Assembly (NCBI GenBank): GCA_022424925.1 | Contig: JAKMGM010000160.1 | Location: 1-41,575, forward strand | Direction of reading: 5' to 3' | Origin: Candidatus Poseidoniaceae archaeon | Lineage (GTDB): Archaea > Thermoplasmatota > Poseidoniia > Poseidoniales > Poseidoniaceae | Length of the DNA: 41,575 bases | Shown here: positions 15,450-22,315 of the stretch, piece after piece | Position numbering within the stretch: position 1 is the first letter of the stretch | How the letters are laid out: each line of letters begins with the position of its first letter | The notes under the pieces: model-generated | Database searches by the model: none | What the model was told of the DNA's origin: nothing | The model's input: the letters and a program-made list of their open reading frames with translations, nothing else | Made by a program: the position numbers and the translations under genes

Positions 15450-16151
15450 ATGAAACAAATCTATGATGACCACGCCGATATCCGAACCAAAGCCGCAATT
15501 CGAGTCGTCAGCCTCTTTTTCGTGGGGCTGATTATTATTGCAGCAACGACAAGTCCTATTGCAACCGGAACAAAGGCTGGAGAACGAGCTCCTCCACTCG
15601 AAGGTAAATTCTACAACGGCACCGGCGGTTGGACCGATTTCAATCTTGAAAATTACTGGGACCCGACATGGGAGGAAGGCGATGTCTCAGGACAATGGGT
15701 TGTGATTGATTTCATGGATACTGACTGCCCATACTGTATTCGCTCTGCTGAAGACGTGTCGATAAACTCCGGTGACTTTGATGGCAGTAACCCTCAATGG
15801 GATGGGGCCATTGTCAACTTTATTGCAAGTGCGACCGAACTTGACATCAATGGACACGATTCAAGTCGTGCTGAAATTGCAGCATTTAGGGACAAAACCG
15901 CAGATTCCGGTCAGTCATGTGGCGGCTCTGATTGTGGAAACCGTGCTGGCTCTGCACACAACTTCCCCTACATTGACGACATCGACCAGGAAAACATGAA
16001 AGAATGGAAAGTTGGTGGAACTCCGAGCTATTACCTGATTCAACCGGATGGAATTATTGCGTGGAGTTCTTCGGAAAATCCGGGTGAAGATTTGCGAGAC
16101 GCGATTCTTGCGCTCGTCCCTCGTGAGTCCGCACAACAAGGAGGCGCTTGA
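15450..16151 (+). CDS. Membrane-anchored thioredoxin-fold thiol:disulfide oxidoreductase (TlpA/ResA-like, CPYC)
   Basis: N-terminal signal anchor (VVSLFFVGLIIIAATT). Redox motif WVVIDFMDTDCPYCIRSA. A cis-Pro region reads GGTPSYYLIQPDG. The ATG directly abuts the epimerase stop codon. Confidence 0.8.
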   Translation: MKQIYDDHADIRTKAAIRVVSLFFVGLIIIAATTSPIATGTKAGERAPPLEGKFYNGTGGWTDFNLENYWDPTWEEGDVSGQWVVIDFMDTDCPYCIRSAEDVSINSGDFDGSNPQWDGAIVNFIASATELDINGHDSSRAEIAAFRDKTADSGQSCGGSDCGNRAGSAHNFPYIDDIDQENMKEWKVGGTPSYYLIQPDGIIAWSSSENPGEDLRDAILALVPRESAQQGGA

Positions 16152-16152
16152 G

Positions 16153-16746
16153 ATGGACCCGAATCTCCAACTCATGTTGTATGTTATTCCAACCGTTGTT
16201 GGTCTACTTTTGGTGTTGCCAATAGGTCGTGCACTCGCTAGCCCGTTTGAGCAAATGCTCCCTTCGCTTGTTGGAGAGAGGAGTCGGATTTTTTCCGGAC
16301 TTATCGTAACCACTGTTGCAGGGTTTGCTGTATCCATTCAAACGCTTTGGATTTCTTCGAAAGTAAGCGAAGGTGGGAACTTTTGTGCTTCTAATTCCGT
16401 GTTTTCATGCGATGATGTGATCGGTAATTCTGCCTATAATACCGACCCGATTTTTGGTCTTCCGTGGGGCGGTATTGGTGCAGTTGTCTTTTGCGTTTTA
16501 CTCTACTTTGCATATTCCTCATCTGTTGAGCCAAATGCATCGTGGGTTGGTTCGTACTTGAATCTCGGAACAGCAATGACCTTCGGCGGTTTCTTTGTTA
16601 TCGGACTGCTGGTCTTCTACGAACTGGAGATGGAAAAGATTTGCCAGTACTGTACAACGGCGCACGTAGCAAACGTTGCTGCGTTCATCGGATTTTATCG
16701 CTTGAGAAAGATGAATGATTCTGGCGAATGGAACATTGAAGGATGA
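16153..16746 (+). CDS. Vitamin K epoxide reductase (VKOR) family membrane protein
   Basis: Multi-TM protein with a loop cysteine pair CASNSVFSC (Cx7C) and an intramembrane CQYC (CxxC) followed by TTAHV. This is the VKOR signature arrangement. The start is placed at MDPNLQ (16153), 1 nt after the Trx-like gene's stop codon. Confidence 0.82.
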   Translation: MDPNLQLMLYVIPTVVGLLLVLPIGRALASPFEQMLPSLVGERSRIFSGLIVTTVAGFAVSIQTLWISSKVSEGGNFCASNSVFSCDDVIGNSAYNTDPIFGLPWGGIGAVVFCVLLYFAYSSSVEPNASWVGSYLNLGTAMTFGGFFVIGLLVFYELEMEKICQYCTTAHVANVAAFIGFYRLRKMNDSGEWNIEG

Positions 16747-17366
16747 AGAACATGGACAACGAAACAACATTTTGGAGTGTAATAACGGCGGTGGCACTGG
16801 CAGCCTTGCTGTTGATGCTGGCCAATGACCGTGGATTGTTTGAGAAGGACGCTCAACAATCGATTGAATCCACAGATGAGGTGAACAACAACCAACCTTC
16901 AGAAAACTCGAGTGCACTCAATTCGTCCGCAGATACACCTGACCCGTTAGCCTTGGAATGCCTCGACCACGACGGCCTTGCTCGACACGACCATGTCACA
17001 CTCCGCATCTATGTCAACGGGCAACAGCGGACGGTAGAGGCTGCGGTTGGTATCCAAACGGATGTCTGCAACGGTGATGAGAACAACATGCATGCAGTCC
17101 ATACACACGACGATACAGGCCGATTGCACATTGAGTTGAATGAAGCCGGTGATGTGCCTTTGGGTGTCTTCTTTGATATCTGGGGCTACCATTTTGACGA
17201 AACTGGAGTGTTCGATTACCGTGTCAATTCGACCCATGAAATGGCCATGCATGTGTTTGCATCGGATGAAAGTGCAGCCGAAGAAAACCTCGTTACGAGT
17301 TTCGATGACTACTTACTACAGAACGGAGAAATCATCGAAGTCCACTACCGGTTACGCACCGCTTAA
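16743..17366 (+). CDS. Exported His-rich hypothetical protein (signal anchor plus conserved H..H / HTHD..G.LH.E module)
   Basis: N-terminal TM (FWSVITAVALAALLLMLA). Ectodomain reads CLDHDGLARHDHVTLRIYVNGQQRTVEAAVGI...MHAVHTHDDTGRLHIE...VFFDIWG. ATGA overlap with the VKOR stop codon. The family name is not recalled. Confidence 0.6.
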   Translation: MKNMDNETTFWSVITAVALAALLLMLANDRGLFEKDAQQSIESTDEVNNNQPSENSSALNSSADTPDPLALECLDHDGLARHDHVTLRIYVNGQQRTVEAAVGIQTDVCNGDENNMHAVHTHDDTGRLHIELNEAGDVPLGVFFDIWGYHFDETGVFDYRVNSTHEMAMHVFASDESAAEENLVTSFDDYLLQNGEIIEVHYRLRTA

Positions 17367-17632
17367 GGCGTAAAGCAACCATCGAACACGCTTGCATCGA
17401 GTGTTGCAGTTGTTTCTTCCATGCGATGAAGTGTGACGTTTATTCGGCCACTGTCACTGTAACTCTGTCGAAGTTCGTCAAACAGTCTTTTCTGAACATC
17501 ATTTTCATTCTCGCCGTACAGTATGTTGAGATGATGGTGCTTCTCTCCTTCAACTTCAACGGTGTATTCCACAGCCCACTCTTTGAGCGGTCTGTCCTGG
17601 TCCCATGTTACGTCTTCCCATGACTCTGCCAT
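17363..17632 (-). CDS. Small acidic hypothetical protein (89 aa)
   Basis: ORF with acidic, coding-like composition (MAESWEDVTWDQDRPLKEWAVEYTVEVEGEKHHH...). Its stop codon overlaps the stop of the convergent gene (TTAA). No family recognised. Confidence 0.5.
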   Translation of the reverse strand: MAESWEDVTWDQDRPLKEWAVEYTVEVEGEKHHHLNILYGENENDVQKRLFDELRQSYSDSGRINVTLHRMEETTATLDASVFDGCFTP

Positions 17633-17730
17633 GGTAATACATTATCACGGTAGGTTATCAATCCTCGTATCATTTGACTCAGAAACTTTCCGGAAAAGCG
17701 ACATTGAATGCCGCTTTGGGTCATTTACAC

Positions 17731-18699
17731 TCACTTTTTCTCTTCTTTAGTTCCCTTGCGAGGCAAGATGGCGGCTATTCCTGCCCCAGCCGCAAGTACG
17801 AGAAGAACAGTCGTGGAAGGATTTGCCTCGGGGTTTTCACGGTTTCGAATGGCGAGTTCGACAACGCCGTGTGAGCCCAGAGACGCTTCGCCTTGCGATA
17901 CAGCCTCAACGGTGCTCTCATGAACAAGGAGTACACTAAACTGTTCGAGATTGTCAAAGGAGATGGAAAAGTCTTCAGTACATCCTTGATTTACATGTGC
18001 GGATGTTAAACCGTGTTGAACGCCAATCGTTGATGTGTTGAGTACGCACTCTGCAGTTGCAACAACCACGCGGTCTCGTGTAGCGCCGCCGGGATTAATG
18101 GCGCCTTTCGGAACCAACTTGTCATGCTGCACAACCATAAACGTCAATTGGGTCTGTTGAGGTTGTTCATGGCTTGAGGCATAGGACACAACACGTGCAG
18201 TTGTGGTGTTTCCGATTTGCTGCAACTCGAACTGGAGTGATGTCGTGTCTTGACGGAGAACCTCTGCATCAAGAATATCGCGTTGAACATCATTCCACGC
18301 CTCAAACCCAGAACGTGGGTTTTCACCTTCGACCATAAACGTCGGCGTTGGAATCGAGGTTCCATGAATCAATCCCAGTCGGTCGATTCTATGTTGTGCC
18401 GCTGGGGGTTGAAACGCATCCTCGCCGTCGCTCGGGTGGTATGCGACCATGGCGATTCGTGAGCCGTGTGCGTCTGCAACGCCCAAGAGGTATGGGTCAA
18501 TGTCGGCGCAACTCGGACACCACGTCGCCGTAACTTCTTCAACCAACAGGCTGCGGCCGAGTAAGCTTGATTGTACAGGTTCGTTCAGTGGGGTTGACGG
18601 CTCCAGTACCTTGGCTTGAACCATGCTGCCACCGAGTACCGTGCTCAACAGGCTGAACAAAGCAAAGAGTGCAAAGGTTCGCGACTTCATGGCCTCCAC
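17731..18699 (-). CDS. Exported thioredoxin-fold protein (CPSC) with beta-rich stalk and C-terminal TM anchor
   Basis: Signal peptide MKSRTFALFALFSLLSTVLGGSMVQA. Redox motif VEEVTATWCPSCADI. C-terminal anchor TTVLLVLAAGAGIAAILPRKGTKEEKK. Confidence 0.75.
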   Translation of the reverse strand: MEAMKSRTFALFALFSLLSTVLGGSMVQAKVLEPSTPLNEPVQSSLLGRSLLVEEVTATWCPSCADIDPYLLGVADAHGSRIAMVAYHPSDGEDAFQPPAAQHRIDRLGLIHGTSIPTPTFMVEGENPRSGFEAWNDVQRDILDAEVLRQDTTSLQFELQQIGNTTTARVVSYASSHEQPQQTQLTFMVVQHDKLVPKGAINPGGATRDRVVVATAECVLNTSTIGVQHGLTSAHVNQGCTEDFSISFDNLEQFSVLLVHESTVEAVSQGEASLGSHGVVELAIRNRENPEANPSTTVLLVLAAGAGIAAILPRKGTKEEKK

Positions 18700-18803
18700 T
18701 GTGTACTGCGAACATGCCGACCCCCTTCATCCCTTTGTTGAACCTTCATTTCGAAGGGAGGTTTCTTGAACGGTGTGTGCCGAGGTGTGGCTGGAGGGCT
18801 TGG

Positions 18804-19544
18804 ATGGCAGACCACTGGATTGAAAATCACAAGCGTGATTCTTGGCGGCGGCAGGCGAAAGCAAGCGGTTACCGTGCCCGCTCAGCATTCAAACTGAAGC
18901 AAATTCAAGAACGATTTGGGCTTCTTCGCGAAGACGATATCATCCTTGATGTTGGTTGCCATCCTGGAGGATGGGCTCAAGTGGCTACTGAACTGGTCGG
19001 CGAAAATGGTTGGGTGATTGGGGTTGACTTGGAAGCATGCCAACCCGTTGAAGGCTCAATTTTGCTCGTTGGTGACATCACTGACCCACACACACAGCAG
19101 CGCGTACTCGAAGAGTTGGACAACCGCCCACTCAATTCCATCATTTCCGATATTTCTCCAAACATCACCGGTAAGTGGGATATGGACCAGGCTGTTGCTA
19201 TGACACTGGTTGCATTGGTGTATGATTTTTCATTACCCCTCCTCACGAAAGGTGGCTCTTTTGTCACCAAACTGTTTCAGGGCGTAGGTGTGGAGGAACT
19301 CATCCAGGTCGTGAAGCCTTATTTTTCGGATGTGCGCCGTTTCTCTCCGCATGCCTCGCGTAACTCTTCATCTGAAGTCTACTTGATTTGTCGCAATTTC
19401 ATGCCGTGGAAGTTCAAGAAAGTGAGTATTCTCGACGCGTACGAGGCTGCATTGAACATCAAACTCGGAGGCGACGACATTGAAGAAGCTCCAGATATCA
19501 TCACATCTTCGTTTTCAGTTCGCAAGAAGAAGTCGGCCGAATAG
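18804..19544 (+). CDS. rlmE: 23S rRNA (uridine-2'-O)-methyltransferase RlmE/FtsJ
   Basis: Motifs YRARSAFKLKQIQERFGLL, LDVGCHPGGWAQVA (SAM motif I), ISDISPNITG and KLFQG. The start is placed at MADHWIENHKRD (18804). Confidence 0.88.
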   Translation: MADHWIENHKRDSWRRQAKASGYRARSAFKLKQIQERFGLLREDDIILDVGCHPGGWAQVATELVGENGWVIGVDLEACQPVEGSILLVGDITDPHTQQRVLEELDNRPLNSIISDISPNITGKWDMDQAVAMTLVALVYDFSLPLLTKGGSFVTKLFQGVGVEELIQVVKPYFSDVRRFSPHASRNSSSEVYLICRNFMPWKFKKVSILDAYEAALNIKLGGDDIEEAPDIITSSFSVRKKKSAE

Positions 19545-19548
19545 ATTG

Positions 19549-19917
19549 ATGAAGTTGAAGGTTCATTTTTCGTCCATGGACGTAACAAAGCCAAAACATC
19601 GAAGCCAGAAAATGAAACCAACCCGACAGAAAGTCGCCGACCTCGTAGCCAATACGCATGTACAACGTCTTGAATTGGTCGCTCTACGAGTGTATCCAAG
19701 AAGGATGGTATACTCAGACACCTATGTTGGTCCTGTTGCAGCAGGGTGCGGACGAGACGAGACAGGGATAGTTGGCCTGATTCTATGGAATGAACAAATC
19801 CAACAGGTCAATGTGGGAGATATCATTGTTATCGAATCCGGTTGGTGCAGAGAAAAGAACGGGGAGTTGGTGGTAAGTACCGGCAAAACTGGGCGTTTGT
19901 ACGTTCGCAATGGATAG
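19549..19917 (+). CDS. OB-fold nucleic-acid-binding protein (SSB/NABP-like single OB)
   Basis: Pattern ...AGCGRDETGIVGLILWNEQIQQVNVGDIIVIESGWCREKNGELVVSTGKTGRL resembles single-OB SSB-like proteins (D.TG.I...LW......GD.I.I..G........L..G..G.L). The start is uncertain (19549 or downstream Mets). Confidence 0.55.
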   Translation: MKLKVHFSSMDVTKPKHRSQKMKPTRQKVADLVANTHVQRLELVALRVYPRRMVYSDTYVGPVAAGCGRDETGIVGLILWNEQIQQVNVGDIIVIESGWCREKNGELVVSTGKTGRLYVRNG

Positions 19918-20033
19918 GCATGCTCGGCTGAACTGCTTGGACAGGTGACAATTTGAGCCATTGACTTGAGGTGATTCGGCACGCAACCATAAAGAAGGGG
20001 AGGGCGTGGGGCATTTGTTCCTGAGGACCTATT

Positions 20034-20201
20034 ATGACCGACCGAGCAGCAAATTGTACATCATCCGGTGTTCCCCTTGAGGAAACCGGCTCAACCTCAT
20101 TCCCATGCCCTGGCTGCAGTACAGCCATTGGCCGCAGCCCACGATGCCGAAACCAAGGTGTGCTGTACATCTGTCCGAACTGCCAATATCAGGGGCCCTG
20201 A
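20034..20201 (+). CDS. Zinc-ribbon micro-protein (COG2888 / HVO_2753-like), 55 aa
   Basis: Below the ORF-track size cutoff. My translation is MTDRAANCTSSGVPLEETGSTSFPCPGCSTAIGRSPRCRNQGVLYICPNCQYQGP*. It has CPxC knuckles and ends ...Y.CP.C...GP, like the archaeal Zn-ribbon protein that commonly sits just upstream of aEF-1beta. It ends 9 nt before that gene here. Confidence 0.75.
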   Translation: MTDRAANCTSSGVPLEETGSTSFPCPGCSTAIGRSPRCRNQGVLYICPNCQYQGP

Positions 20202-20210
20202 GGTGATTGC

Positions 20211-20483
20211 ATGGGTATGGTAGCAATGACGTACAAAATCAATCCTGATGCAGATGCAGAAGATGTGGATGCTGAAGCAATCGCAACCTCCGTTCAAGCA
20301 TTGACCGATGACATCTACAATGTCCAATCTGTCGAAGTTAAACCTCTCGCCTTCGGACTCAAGTTCGTTCAAATCCATGTCGTCATGAACGATGGTGAAG
20401 GTCTTGCAGATGCGTTGGAGGCTAAAATCTCTGAAATTCCTGGTGTCGGTGAGATCGAAGTCCTCTCAATGGGCTTGCTTTGA
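20211..20483 (+). CDS. ef1b: Translation elongation factor aEF-1 beta
   Basis: About 88 aa and acidic. Reads YKINPDADAEDVD..., VEVKPLAFGLKFVQIHVVMNDGEG and ends ..ISEIPGVGEIEV. This is the archaeal EF-1beta pattern. Confidence 0.88.
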   Translation: MGMVAMTYKINPDADAEDVDAEAIATSVQALTDDIYNVQSVEVKPLAFGLKFVQIHVVMNDGEGLADALEAKISEIPGVGEIEVLSMGLL

Positions 20484-20489
20484 ATCGTT

Positions 20490-21893
20490 TCACAGTTGGT
20501 GAAGCGGGCAACGCATGAACTCACGCAACAATGTCGTAGCGTAACTTCCGGAAGAAAGCGTGAATCGGAATCGAATGCATGCACCCTCGGGATGCCACCT
20601 GCTATGTTCGGTTGGACCTGCCTTCCATCGCTCTCCCATTGATTCATCATTTGCGAGCGGTACAGAATCGACACTCATGTCGGTGAAACTTGTCACCAAT
20701 GAACGACGTGTACCTCGTGTCGAGAGTCTCGGAATGACTTCGACATTCCAGTCCATTTGCGACAAACCCATCGTTTCGATGACGTGCTGCTCGATGGCTC
20801 CACTTTCGCCTTCACATGTCTTCACATCCGTTCCGGGTAACGGACCGGTTGGAGAAAGTCTGCCCAGTTGGCAATTACGAATAATACGAGGAAGTGTTCG
20901 TTCTTCAACGACAACACAACTCGAAGCATCCAATTGACCTTTTTCATCAATTCGCCCAACCATGTCGCCGGCAACCGGCCAACTTATTGGGTGCTCTGCA
21001 GCGAGGCGGGCGTGTAGCGATTTGTTGAACACAACCGATTGTAGAGCGTGCACGGTCATCAGTTGAAGATTACCCGGCAGTTTACGAAACGCCCCAACAT
21101 AATCATCAGGTCTGTGGAGAAGGTGTTCGACCATTTTCCGTTCAAAGCCTAGCCACCGTGGGGCGAGTTCAAGCCCTTCTTCGGATGGTCCATTCTCTCG
21201 AACATGTCGCCTGAAGGCAGCAACGTCTTCGTTTTCAGACTCACCTTCCATGGCAATGTAGGTGAGTGCAGCCTGTTTCCAGTCTCCGGATATCACGTGA
21301 CGTCCAACCTCTGCAGTTACGGGTCGACCAGCACCGAACCGTTGCGGACCAATCCAGTTTGGAAACTTGTTGTCACCGAGTTTGATCGCCATCTCTTCCT
21401 GAATGGCTTTGACCTGTTGGAGAGCATCTTCGGTCGACATCGGTGTACCGTCCTCATGTGCGCAACCTCTCACTACGATTGTGAATCGGTTCCCTCTATG
21501 GTTGCCAAAGCCAATCTTCTGATGCGTTCTTCCAATGACTTCGATATCGACATCGGGAATCTCTACAGCAGCGACTTTGGCTTTCGGGGCATCGATGACG
21601 AACAGCTGTTGGGTCACCGCTCGCTTGTCTTTTGTACCGGCAAAGAATATTCGGTTACGAGGTATAGACAGCGCCTTTGCGAGTGTGTTGCAGAATCTGT
21701 TGGTTTCCCAGTTGGTAAGCATCACTTTGGCAACGGTGAAGCGCCCCCTATTGTCCAGGTGTACAGGGGTCGATATCTCTTCGACTCGGAAGTCAGTAAC
21801 CCGTGCTTTGAGTACGCCGCCGATACCGTTGGTATCCGTTGCATAGCCGTCAAGACCAATGGATTCGGCTAAAGAATCCGTCCATGTTGTCAC
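20490..21893 (-). CDS. truD: tRNA pseudouridine synthase D (TruD/Pus7-type, Psi13)
   Basis: N-terminal GIGGVLKARVTDFRVEE, catalytic-Asp motif FAGTKDKRAVTQQ and later PQRFG. Size is about 460 aa. Confidence 0.9.
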   Translation of the reverse strand: MTTWTDSLAESIGLDGYATDTNGIGGVLKARVTDFRVEEISTPVHLDNRGRFTVAKVMLTNWETNRFCNTLAKALSIPRNRIFFAGTKDKRAVTQQLFVIDAPKAKVAAVEIPDVDIEVIGRTHQKIGFGNHRGNRFTIVVRGCAHEDGTPMSTEDALQQVKAIQEEMAIKLGDNKFPNWIGPQRFGAGRPVTAEVGRHVISGDWKQAALTYIAMEGESENEDVAAFRRHVRENGPSEEGLELAPRWLGFERKMVEHLLHRPDDYVGAFRKLPGNLQLMTVHALQSVVFNKSLHARLAAEHPISWPVAGDMVGRIDEKGQLDASSCVVVEERTLPRIIRNCQLGRLSPTGPLPGTDVKTCEGESGAIEQHVIETMGLSQMDWNVEVIPRLSTRGTRRSLVTSFTDMSVDSVPLANDESMGERWKAGPTEHSRWHPEGACIRFRFTLSSGSYATTLLREFMRCPLHQL

Positions 21894-21906
21894 AGCAGCA
21901 CCCCCA

Positions 21907-22182
21907 TCAGAGGTTGATGCTTTCGAACTCGGATGAGATGCTGGTAACGATTTCCTTCAAGACTTTCTCGGAGTTGTTCTTTCCCGAGGTTCGAATGTAA
22001 AACTCTGGGTCATCCAATTCTGGATGTCCAGGGAAGTAATTGGCGTAATCGATTTTGCTGTTGTTGTTGAGTCGCTCACGCAGCATTTGCAAAGCTGTGT
22101 GGCTCTCACCGATGACTCTCAATCGAAGTTCATTTTTTTCTTTAAGGAGGACTTTGACAGGCATTGCAATCGTACTTGCCAC
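21907..22182 (-). CDS. rpoL: DNA-directed RNA polymerase subunit L (Rpo11)
   Basis: About 90 aa. Reads ELRLRVIGESHTALQMLRERL...DYANYFPGHPELDDPEFYIRT, matching the RpoL/Rpb11 signature (E.HT..N.L...L......Y...HP). The start may be Met7. Confidence 0.85.
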   Translation of the reverse strand: MASTIAMPVKVLLKEKNELRLRVIGESHTALQMLRERLNNNSKIDYANYFPGHPELDDPEFYIRTSGKNNSEKVLKEIVTSISSEFESINL

Positions 22183-22315
22183 CTGCCTACTTGTTTTGAA
22201 CCTTCCTCCAACAAAGAATCACTGATTTTCATTCCGGCAAAGGAGTGTTCGAATCCCGCATCGTTCGTACAAATCAACCACGCTTCTTTTCAACTGCCAA
22301 ACTCTCGCACAGGCA

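Noticed and set aside
16048-16152. 35-codon N-terminal extension of the VKOR ORF
   Set aside because: It overlaps the 3' end of the Trx-like gene in another frame. A good start (MDPNLQ followed by TM1) lies 1 nt after that gene's stop.
22245-22257. GTGTTCGAATCCC, a tRNA T-loop-like string in the rpoL/MMPL spacer
   Set aside because: The flanking bases do not form a T stem (GAGTG versus CCCGC), and no acceptor, D or anticodon arms can be built on either strand. It is a chance match.
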